Below are positions 16,470 through 23,806 of a stretch of DNA of 32,000 bases, piece after piece (position 1 is the first letter of the stretch; every line of letters starts with the position of its first letter). The notes beneath the pieces are model-generated. The model saw nothing but the letters and a program-made list of their open reading frames with translations. It had not been told where the DNA came from and made no database searches. Position numbers and translations under genes: made by a program. Origin of the DNA: Candidatus Saccharimonadota bacterium (lineage in GTDB: Bacteria > Patescibacteriota > Gracilibacteria > UBA4473); NCBI GenBank assembly GCA_965228485.1, contig OZ245819.1, forward strand, positions 360,001 through 392,000, in the 5' to 3' direction.

Positions 16470-16848
16470 CTAATCATACTCCACCCAAAAGGTCGCTACG
16501 TACTCTGTCCAAGCTCTAACTTTCGTCACTGTTCGCACATTTAAAACATCTGTTACCAACAAATGATTCTGAACAAGTAGCCAGTGTAGCCATTCCAACT
16601 GTTGTAGGCATATTAAAAATACAAGTGGTCACTACATTATTTTTATGAAGAACAATCGGTAGAGAGGTTACAATTGTCCCAGTAGACATACCACCGATTC
16701 TTCTTGCTGTACCACTATATCCCATTTGTATTCCATAAAGTAGTTCTACCCTTACCAAAGGCCATATACTCATTTGAATTCACGATCCCTCTTTCGCTCG
16801 TAAAAGCTCCGTGAGTACCGTAAATATCAGATATATTTTTATATACAA
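16470..16848 (-). pseudogene. start-less, twice-frameshifted duplicate of the C-terminal tip domain of the upstream fibre protein
   Basis: Three minus-strand frames read in succession reproduce the last ~115 aa of the 886-aa protein. Frame A (16828->16718) reads 'DIYGTHGAFTSERGIVNSNEYMAFGKGRTTLWNTNGI*', compare 'GPYGIFWAERGTVVSNASWSLGNGQTPWGSPMG'. Frame B is the tracked ORF 16773->16516, '..MGYSGTARRIGG..MPTTVGMATLATC..', compare 'MGCSGTIRRLAA..IPTTVGGVANTSC..'. Frame C (16523->16470) reads 'KVRAWTEYVATFWVEYD*', compare 'ETGAWTECVGTFWVKYD*'. Frame A has no start codon and no signal peptide. Confidence 0.75.
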
Positions 16849-19509
16849 CTAGTCATATTTCACCCAAAAAGTTCCGACACATTCGGTCCAAGCTCCCGTT
16901 TCTGTTTGAGAATAAACCCCGACTACATCATTGGCTCCAAACGCTACATTACAAGAAGTATTCGCCACACCTCCGACCGTTGTTGGAATACTCACATTAC
17001 AGGCTGTAGAAATATCATTAATTCTTACTTCGGCTCCCAAAGAAGTCCCTATTGCACCCGTACACGTTGCCGCAAGCCTTCTAATTGTCCCCGAACATCC
17101 CATAGGGCTTCCCCATGGCGTTTGTCCATTCCCAAGAGACCAAGAAGCATTCGAAACCACGGTCCCTCGCTCTGCCCAGAAAATCCCATACGGGCCACAC
17201 TCACTCTCAATATCAGAACCAAAAGTTGAGAAATTTCCGGCTGAATCATCCCATCCTAATTGTCGGTCTGTCCCATCATCAAACGTAATAAACGAATCAG
17301 TCGCTGTCCCATCACCAATTTCAATTACTTGACCCGTTTCGTTAATATCAAGATTATCTGAGATATCAAACTCAGCGTTAGTATTGTCCCAGGTAATAGT
17401 CTCGTTATTGGTGGTTCCATAGCGCAGACTTACGTCTCCGCCCGTATTATCATCATCTAGTGTAAAAGTTTCAGCAGAAGTCCCCGCTCCAACCGAACCT
17501 GGATCCCCCTTAGAGGCCATAAGCTCCCAGTAAGTCCCGTCACTTGGATTTTGGCTTGCGGTCGTATCAAGGATACAAACATAGGTCGAACCCTGATAGC
17601 TCACCGCTTGATTCGTGGTATAATTCTGTGAAACCCAAGCTCCTTCCCAAGTTATATCTCCATCTGCCCCTGCTGATCCAGTAGCCCCCGTCGGTCCCGC
17701 TGGTCCTTGAGGCGCTTTCAATTGCACTACCGATAGTGAAGATTGACCACTAATCATATTGGCTACTCCAGCTGTGGTATTTTCTCGATCCACTAATACT
17801 TCAAAGTAGTCATTGGCATTCAAATCTAGAACGGTAGAAAAAACCAAAGAAGTTTCCGTTTGTCCAGAAGTCATCCGAATGTAACCTGGCTGAAACCTCA
17901 TTGGCAAAACCGTCACGCCGTTAACTCTAAACTTCACTCGACCGTTATAACGGAAATTATTGGTCACTGCATTTTCTACTGACACGGCTCCACTGACATG
18001 ATACTTCCCATCGGCTAAAACCTGAACTCGGCTGTTGTTGATCACTGTATCATGGGTAAAAGCCGCCGCATCTTCAAAATCTTCAGTGTCCCACGGAACT
18101 ATATTATCTGTTGCTGCCGCATTTAGGTCGGTCGTAGAAGTATCTCGATAACGCGCAGCTAACATATCTCCAAGAGTTGCCGTATTCGCATCAATTTGCA
18201 CCCACCCACTCCCGTCACAAACATAGGTAAAGGTATCGACCGTATTGTGGTACATCCGCCCGCTAGCCGCTCCATCACACGTAGGAGCTACCGTTCTATT
18301 TTCAATTCGAGCATCAACTAGCTCATTCGCATTCAGGCTTAAATCATCACTCACTTCAAACTGAGAATTTGACGAATTCCAGGCAAACGTCTCATTAAGG
18401 GTTTCTCCGAACTGAACGGTCAAATCCCCTCCTGTGTCATCACTATCAAGCGTGACGGTATTTCCTGTCTGGAGAATCTCACCGGTTACTTCCAGATCAT
18501 CACTCAGGTTAAATCGGGCATTAAGACTATCCCAGGTCAAACTTTCATTAAGGGTTTGACCAAAAATCAAACTTAGAGCCCCTCCTGTATCATCGTTATC
18601 AATCGTAAAAGTTTCATCATCAATCGTTGGTCCGCTGCTCCCAGGGTCTCCTTTTTCCCCTTTAATTCCTTCTAGCTTAATAATAGAAAAATAAATCTCG
18701 TCCTGAGTTGCATCAGTCGTTGCATCACGCTGAAGCTGAAGAGAGATGAAATCCCCATCACTCAAATTTGCCAAGAACGAAGCTGAAGTAGTAGAAAACT
18801 CTCCTTGGTAATTTTTATTCACGGACGCAGAACCCGGTAAAACCGTCGTATCATTTACTCGTACTCGAGCTCGAGCCTCATGAGTTCCAGTAGCGGTCCC
18901 TCCAGCGGTATAACCGTAAATAATCTGATACATAGCCGTCGCCCCAATATCAATCCGATCTCGAAACGTGTCATCATGATCCAGTGTTGTTGTATCATTT
19001 TCTAGATCCGTCGTATCCAGGTCAATGTCCGCGTAAGACGTAGTCAACGTATATGAAGTGGTTCGTCTTGCCTGCACAACTGGAAACTCAATGGTTGCGT
19101 TCAGGGCATTCTCCAAAGGATTCCAAGTCCCTGCCCCATCACAAGTATAGGTCAAAACATCCAAAGTATTGAAGTAAATTTTCCCAGCCGCTGCGGCATC
19201 ACACGTTGGGGCTGTACTGAGATTTTCTATTCTTAAATTCTGTAATTCGTTCCCTGAGAAATCTGTATCACGATTAATCTGGAAATTATCTCCAACGACG
19301 TCATATCGCATCTTAGCATCAACTGTACTTCCAAACTCAAGATCAATAAAATCGTCTGACGTGTCTCCAGAATCTATGTAAAAAGTTTGGCTGTGAACTC
19401 CATTTTCTTCGGTTGAAAAAATCACTCCTGCATACCCTTGTAAAGGCACAATTCCCCCTAGGAATAAACTTAATAATTTTGTGGTTAAACTCCTCTTCCC
19501 AAAAAGCAT
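16849..19509 (-). CDS. secreted fibre/adhesin-like mosaic protein with collagen-like G-X-Y runs (886 aa)
   Basis: N-terminal signal-like 'MLFGKRSLTTKLLSLFLGGIVPLQGYAG'. Four copies of a 'TF[TY][IL]DxDDTGGxLxLxFGxTLNExxxWxxxxxxFxxSDDL' module (aa ~42, 300, 351, 681). Two copies of a Cys-pair module 'RIENxxxAPTCDxAAxGxxYxNTxDxxTYxCDGxGxW' (aa ~92-129 and 401-437). Two ~110-aa beta-rich domains, each ending in a G-X-Y run. CBM5/12-like 'WVSQNYTTNQAVSYQGSTYVCILDTTASQNPSDGTYWEL'. Cys-rich C-terminal domain (aa ~769-886). Confidence 0.8.
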   Translation of the reverse strand: MLFGKRSLTTKLLSLFLGGIVPLQGYAGVIFSTEENGVHSQTFYIDSGDTSDDFIDLEFGSTVDAKMRYDVVGDNFQINRDTDFSGNELQNLRIENLSTAPTCDAAAAGKIYFNTLDVLTYTCDGAGTWNPLENALNATIEFPVVQARRTTSYTLTTSYADIDLDTTDLENDTTTLDHDDTFRDRIDIGATAMYQIIYGYTAGGTATGTHEARARVRVNDTTVLPGSASVNKNYQGEFSTTSASFLANLSDGDFISLQLQRDATTDATQDEIYFSIIKLEGIKGEKGDPGSSGPTIDDETFTIDNDDTGGALSLIFGQTLNESLTWDSLNARFNLSDDLEVTGEILQTGNTVTLDSDDTGGDLTVQFGETLNETFAWNSSNSQFEVSDDLSLNANELVDARIENRTVAPTCDGAASGRMYHNTVDTFTYVCDGSGWVQIDANTATLGDMLAARYRDTSTTDLNAAATDNIVPWDTEDFEDAAAFTHDTVINNSRVQVLADGKYHVSGAVSVENAVTNNFRYNGRVKFRVNGVTVLPMRFQPGYIRMTSGQTETSLVFSTVLDLNANDYFEVLVDRENTTAGVANMISGQSSLSVVQLKAPQGPAGPTGATGSAGADGDITWEGAWVSQNYTTNQAVSYQGSTYVCILDTTASQNPSDGTYWELMASKGDPGSVGAGTSAETFTLDDDNTGGDVSLRYGTTNNETITWDNTNAEFDISDNLDINETGQVIEIGDGTATDSFITFDDGTDRQLGWDDSAGNFSTFGSDIESECGPYGIFWAERGTVVSNASWSLGNGQTPWGSPMGCSGTIRRLAATCTGAIGTSLGAEVRINDISTACNVSIPTTVGGVANTSCNVAFGANDVVGVYSQTETGAWTECVGTFWVKYD
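17482..17508 (-). repeat. collagen-like G-X-Y run 3 (GDP GSV GAG)
   Basis: Three Gly-X-Y triplets, aa 668-676. Confidence 0.6.
17656..17706 (-). repeat. collagen-like G-X-Y run 2 (GPA GPT GAT GSA GAD GD)
   Basis: Five to six uninterrupted Gly-X-Y triplets, aa 602-618, directly upstream of the CBM5/12-like motif. Confidence 0.8.
18625..18669 (-). repeat. collagen-like G-X-Y run 1 (GIK GEK GDP GSS GPT)
   Basis: Five uninterrupted Gly-X-Y triplets, aa 281-295 of the fibre protein. Confidence 0.8.
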
Positions 19510-19586
19510 CCCATAATTGTACCATTTTTTTTCTCTTTTTTCAAGACATTTATCGCTCCAGAAAAGGTTTTATACCTCAGTTATTT

Positions 19587-19614
19587 TTGACTTTTGAATA
19601 AAAAAACCTAGAAA
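19587..19614 (+). promoter_or_regulatory. possible promoter for sufC (TTGACT-N16-TAGAAA)
   Basis: TTGACT at 19587-19592, a 16-nt spacer, and a weak -10 TAGAAA at 19609-19614, 30 nt before the sufC ATG. The AT-rich context makes chance matches likely. Confidence 0.3.
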
Positions 19615-19643
19615 TTAAATACTCATGATTAAGGTATACCGAA

Positions 19644-20408
19644 ATGTTAAAAATTAAAAATCTCAAAGCCACTTTATCTGAGGAAGATTTATCAATCCTC
19701 AAAGGCATAGATTTAGAAGTAAATCCTGGAGAAATTCACGTTATTCTTGGACCAAATGGTTCTGGAAAATCGACTCTAGGACGCGCAATTTTGGGAGATG
19801 AAAGATACGAAATAACCGATGGAAGCATCGAGTTTGATGGACAAGACTTTGGAGAACTAGAGCCAAGCGAGCGAGCACAAGCCGGATTTTTTCTTACTTT
19901 TCAATCTCCGCCAGAAATTGATGGAGTGAGGGTAAAGGAGTTTTTATTCGCAGCTAAAAAGTCTTTTGATGAGGATTTCACTTCAAGCTTTAAACTTAAA
20001 AAAGAACTACAAAAAAACTTTAACGACCTTCGACTTCCAGAAGAATTTATCGACCGTGAAGCAAACCTCGGATTTTCTGGAGGAGAAAGAAAAAAAATGG
20101 AAGTTGCCTCACTGCTCACCCTTCAACCAAAACTCGCATTCTTGGATGAAATCGATTCAGGGGTAGATATTGATACTATCAGAAGCATTGGCACTTCTCT
20201 TAGAGCTTTCATGGAAGACAAAACGCGATCGATTGTACTCGTTTCACATTCAGATAAACTCTTTCAAGAAGTAGAAGCGACACATGTACATATCTTTTAT
20301 CAGGGAAAAATTGTAAAATCTGGAGGGAAGGAGCTTATCGATGAAATTCAAACAGAAGGATTTGATAGTCACATTAAAGCTCACAACCCTCTAAAAGTTC
20401 TCCAATAA
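19644..20408 (+). CDS. sufC: Fe-S cluster assembly ATPase SufC
   Basis: 'GPNGSGKSTLGRAILGDERYEITDGSIEFDGQD', 'GFFLTFQSPPEIDGV', 'LGFSGGERKKMEV' and 'LAFLDEIDSGVDID' form the SufC-specific ABC pattern. Confidence 0.9.
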   Translation: MLKIKNLKATLSEEDLSILKGIDLEVNPGEIHVILGPNGSGKSTLGRAILGDERYEITDGSIEFDGQDFGELEPSERAQAGFFLTFQSPPEIDGVRVKEFLFAAKKSFDEDFTSSFKLKKELQKNFNDLRLPEEFIDREANLGFSGGERKKMEVASLLTLQPKLAFLDEIDSGVDIDTIRSIGTSLRAFMEDKTRSIVLVSHSDKLFQEVEATHVHIFYQGKIVKSGGKELIDEIQTEGFDSHIKAHNPLKVLQ

Positions 20409-20410
20409 CA

Positions 20411-21778
20411 ATGTTTAAAAAAATTTTCATCACTCTCTGTTTCATTTTCAGCATTGGAAATATTGCTCAAGCAGCAAATCCGGTATCTGACATTGTCGAG
20501 AGTGCAACTGATCCAAAGAACTATTTTATTTTTGGACAAATCCAGAGCTACTATGATGTCATTGATGAACTCAATAGTAAGAAAGTAGAACTCGAGGTTC
20601 TTGAACAAAGTCGAAGTGTGCAAGAAAAATCTATTACAAAGCTAAAAGAAGAAATCCGATCTCTTGGAGCTGAAACGGTTTCACTTTCTGATCAAATTGA
20701 AGCCCTAAACATACAAGAAGAAATATCTCCTTCAGACAAATTGCGGCTAGAAAACCTAAATGCGGAATTAAACGACACACAAACGGTTCTCGATGATCAA
20801 AAAAAGAAACTCATAGCACTAGAAAATGAACTTTCAGGAAGTTTCACAGAAGCTCAAACGGAAAAAACTATTTTACTACAAAATGAAATTTTTCAGCTAG
20901 AAGAAGACCTTGCTACCAGCCAAATTCGTTTAAAAAACTACGTCGAGGATTACATTAAAAAAATAGTTCTGGCGATTGCTATATGGATTGTGGCATCAGT
21001 ACTCAAATGGATTATTACTAAGATTTTTAATCGAATTAATTTTTCAGTTACTGCTCAACGAAAAGCCTTTATTCTTCAACTTATAAAGATCACGATAAAT
21101 ACGGTCGCTATTATTGCGATTTTGCTGGTGTTCTTCTCCCAACTCATTAGAGCTCTCCCCTACTTTGCTATCTTTGCAACCGTTATCACCCTCGCCCTAA
21201 AAGATGTTATCTTATCAGTTATTGCTTGGATTATTATTGGAACTAAAGATGGCTACAAAGTTGGACATTACCTTCATATTGGAGATTTATGGGGAACCGT
21301 TGTAGAGATCAATCCCTTCAACACCATCGTAAGACAGGGCGGAATATCTGGTCCGACCGGTCGACTCCTTACCTTCCCAAACAAAAAGATTTTTGAAGAG
21401 TTCTTAGAAAATTGGTCTAAATGGCACAACTTCACTTACCTCAAGTGGGACTTCTTTTTAGAAGCTGATAGTAATTTTGATAAAGCCGAAAAAATTATGC
21501 TTAAAATTATGGGAGAAGCCCAAAAAGAGTACAAAGAAAAGATGCTTCAAAAGAAAAATCAGCTGCTTAAGCTAGGGATTCGTGAAGAAAATTTAGACCC
21601 AATGGTTTTCTGGGAAACTCAAGCCAATGGTCTGCTTTTGAGAGGCAAGCTGATTGTAGATTTTGATCTTTTTTTTGAGATCAGAACCAGAGTAACTCGC
21701 GATTTTATAAAGGCGATTCAAAAAGAACCCGATATAAAACTCAGATTTGTGAATAATTTAGTGTCTAACTCATTGTAA
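20411..21778 (+). CDS. MscS-family mechanosensitive channel with N-terminal signal peptide and ~150-aa coiled coil (455 aa)
   Basis: Signal 'MFKKIFITLCFIFSIGNIAQA'. A heptad-rich region spans aa ~50-180, followed by three or four TM helices. MscS beta-domain 'YKVGHYLHIGDLWGTVVEINPFNTIVRQ...LLTFPNKKIF'. The start lies 2 nt after the sufC stop. Confidence 0.75.
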   Translation: MFKKIFITLCFIFSIGNIAQAANPVSDIVESATDPKNYFIFGQIQSYYDVIDELNSKKVELEVLEQSRSVQEKSITKLKEEIRSLGAETVSLSDQIEALNIQEEISPSDKLRLENLNAELNDTQTVLDDQKKKLIALENELSGSFTEAQTEKTILLQNEIFQLEEDLATSQIRLKNYVEDYIKKIVLAIAIWIVASVLKWIITKIFNRINFSVTAQRKAFILQLIKITINTVAIIAILLVFFSQLIRALPYFAIFATVITLALKDVILSVIAWIIIGTKDGYKVGHYLHIGDLWGTVVEINPFNTIVRQGGISGPTGRLLTFPNKKIFEEFLENWSKWHNFTYLKWDFFLEADSNFDKAEKIMLKIMGEAQKEYKEKMLQKKNQLLKLGIREENLDPMVFWETQANGLLLRGKLIVDFDLFFEIRTRVTRDFIKAIQKEPDIKLRFVNNLVSNSL

Positions 21779-21797
21779 AAAATTATCCCAGACCGCA

Positions 21798-23771
21798 TTA
21801 ATAAGAATTCAACCTTAATTCAATACCCTCATCACCATCCCATCCATAAATGACTTGTGCTAAGATGGCATAGTGATCTTTTTTTGAAGCAGGCTGAAGC
21901 TTAGGAAAACCAAATATAGTAGCGATAGAGCTTAGCCCCTTCCCATAAAATTTTAGTTTCTTCTTTTCTTGCTGTGTTAATTGCATCCAACTTTCCAGCG
22001 TGGGATATTGTTCTTTTATTATCTCCCTCCACTTCTCCAAGCCCCAAAGTTCACAGTCAATTATATCATGCCCCTCTCCATATATAGCTCTTCCGATTTT
22101 AGCCCAGCCAGGCCTAGCTGAATTTATTTTTTCTTCCACCCCTAAAAGAGAAGCAAGGGTTACGAACCCTTTTCCATAAAAATTTAACTGACTCTTATCT
22201 TTCGGCGTTAATGCCATCCAAATTTCAGGGGTTGGATATCTTTCTTTTATTGTCTTTCTCCACTTATCTCTATCCCAAAATTCACAATTAATAACGTCAT
22301 GATTTTTTCCATAAATACCCTGTCCCAATAGAGCGTGATCTTGTTTCCTACCAATAGGATTTCCCTCAACATTTCCAAAAATCGTAGCTATAACTCTTAA
22401 TCCTCTTCCATAAAATTCCAATGTATTTCTTTGTGCAACCGTTAACTGCATCCAACTTTCTGGTGTTGGGTACTTTTCTTTTATGACATCTTTCCACTTA
22501 TCCTTACCCCAAAACTCACACTCAACTATCTCATGCCCCTCTCCATAAATTTTTTGTGCTAATCGGGCACAATCTAAAAGGTTGTTATGCGGTAGCCCTC
22601 CCGACCCCAAAATACCAGCTATAGCCGTCAAACCTTTGCCCTGAAATTTTAGAACTAGTTTTTCATCTGCACTTAGACTTATCAACTCTTCAGGCGTTGG
22701 GTATGCTTTTTTTATTTCTGTCCCCCATCTTTCCCCACTCCAGAATTCACATTCAATTATGTCATGCCCCTCACCATAAATTTTTCTCCCTAAGTCGGCT
22801 TGTGCAGAACGAACCGAAAGCACATCTCCAGACGCTCCCAAAATGGTAGCAATAGCCCTAATGCCTCGACCATAAACTTTTACAAACTTTTTTTCCTTTG
22901 CGGTTAATCCCATCCAATGTTCTGGTTTTGGGAATTCAGATTTTATTTCATTGATAAACAAAGTCTGTTCTGCTGATTTTTCAGAGTTAACAAAACTGTG
23001 CCTTCGGTCTTCAATATCTCTTGAGAGAGCTTCTACTATCTCAGTTCGCCAGTGATCAATGCTGTTATATTTTATTCTTTTACTCACAAAATTTGACTGA
23101 ATTTGTTTTTTATCAAATTCTTTAGCGACGTTCAAAGAAACTAGCTCCTTACATACAAAAGTTGCTTGTCCATATGCTTCACACAATAAAACGCTTCGTC
23201 CGATGGTTGGTAAATGAACTAGAATATAACTTTCTTCTCTCCTCATTTCTGATGAATTTGTGCCCTCAATGGCAAAAATTTGATCGGTATAGATGCCTAA
23301 GTCTCTTAAGACCAAAATTAACTGGGGTAGAAGTTTACCAGTTCTTTCCCTTTTTTCTTGATTTTTATCACACGCTTCAGTTCTTTGGGAGGCTATCGCT
23401 TGTGGCGGTAAGATTGTTTCTTCTATTTTTGTGTGTGGAATGCCTAGTTCATTAAATAAATCTTCTTCTTCTGATTTCTGGAGAACCTCATCTAAACGCC
23501 GTATAACACTTTCCAAATAAACATCTATACTTTCGGCTTTCTCAGACAAAAGTAGCTGAAGAATTCGTTTAACGACCTTATCTCGCTGTTCCACAAAATA
23601 ATCGTCTAGAGACTTTGTATTTTCTTTTTGTTTTTTTACACAAATTTGTTCAACAGCCTCCTCTATTTCAATCAAAACTCTTAAAATAGCTTCAGATCCT
23701 GGTTTTGTTTCCAACAAGACTTGAAATTCTTCAAAATTCTTTACAATACTTGAGCTCAGTGATTCACTCAT
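21798..23771 (-). CDS. orphan repeat protein: ~280-aa N-terminal region plus five ~77-aa tandem repeats (657 aa)
   Basis: Long uninterrupted ORF with ATG at 23771. Repeats start at aa 281, 358, 435, 513 and 590, with conserved 'PTPExWMxLT...FYG[KR]G[LIF]xxIA...IYGEGH[DE][IV][IV]xCEFWxxx[KR]WxxxIKExY'. I recognise no family. Confidence 0.8.
   Translation of the reverse strand: MSESLSSSIVKNFEEFQVLLETKPGSEAILRVLIEIEEAVEQICVKKQKENTKSLDDYFVEQRDKVVKRILQLLLSEKAESIDVYLESVIRRLDEVLQKSEEEDLFNELGIPHTKIEETILPPQAIASQRTEACDKNQEKRERTGKLLPQLILVLRDLGIYTDQIFAIEGTNSSEMRREESYILVHLPTIGRSVLLCEAYGQATFVCKELVSLNVAKEFDKKQIQSNFVSKRIKYNSIDHWRTEIVEALSRDIEDRRHSFVNSEKSAEQTLFINEIKSEFPKPEHWMGLTAKEKKFVKVYGRGIRAIATILGASGDVLSVRSAQADLGRKIYGEGHDIIECEFWSGERWGTEIKKAYPTPEELISLSADEKLVLKFQGKGLTAIAGILGSGGLPHNNLLDCARLAQKIYGEGHEIVECEFWGKDKWKDVIKEKYPTPESWMQLTVAQRNTLEFYGRGLRVIATIFGNVEGNPIGRKQDHALLGQGIYGKNHDVINCEFWDRDKWRKTIKERYPTPEIWMALTPKDKSQLNFYGKGFVTLASLLGVEEKINSARPGWAKIGRAIYGEGHDIIDCELWGLEKWREIIKEQYPTLESWMQLTQQEKKKLKFYGKGLSSIATIFGFPKLQPASKKDHYAILAQVIYGWDGDEGIELRLNSY
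21801..22931 (-). repeat. coding tandem repeat array, 5 units of ~231-234 nt (last unit truncated)
   Basis: The periodicity is visible in the translation and, more weakly, at nucleotide level. For example, the recurring ccataaaa(a)ttt...ccatccaa...cacttatc...aattcaca segments on the + strand at ~21945, ~22175, ~22410, ~22640 and ~22870 (positions estimated by eye). Confidence 0.8.
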
Positions 23772-23806
23772 TTTAATTAATTTAATATCAAATAAATTTT
23801 TGTCAA

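Noticed and set aside
16516-16773. The 85-aa tracked ORF as an independent small gene
   Set aside because: Its homology to the fibre tip continues in other frames on both sides (16718-16828 and 16470-16523). It is better explained as the middle part of a frameshifted domain copy.
16470-17205. Diversity-generating retroelement (variable repeat in the fibre tip plus template repeat downstream)
   Set aside because: A DGR VR/TR pair is near-identical at nucleotide level, differing mainly at adenines. Here the two copies are recognisable mostly at protein level, with indels and frameshifts. No reverse transcriptase or accessory gene lies anywhere in the window.
16906-17332. Two long plus-strand ORFs (107 and 133 aa) antisense to the fibre gene C-terminus, plus the 66-aa minus ORF at 17049-17249
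   Set aside because: They lie entirely inside a well-supported, relatively GC-rich coding region and have Arg/Pro/Ser-rich low-complexity translations. These are typical shadow ORFs.
21801-22931. CRISPR array or assembly-collapsed repeat
   Set aside because: The period (~231-234 nt) and the continuous reading frame show a coding tandem repeat. The units are diverged at nucleotide level, and there is no short repeat/spacer structure.
23220-23297. GIY-YIG nuclease motif in the repeat protein N-terminal region ('LGIYTDQ...SYILV')
   Set aside because: The spacing between 'GIY' and the second element is ~20 aa, against the expected ~10-11 aa. The second element is YIL rather than YIG, and the downstream Arg/Glu/Asn catalytic residues are not evident.
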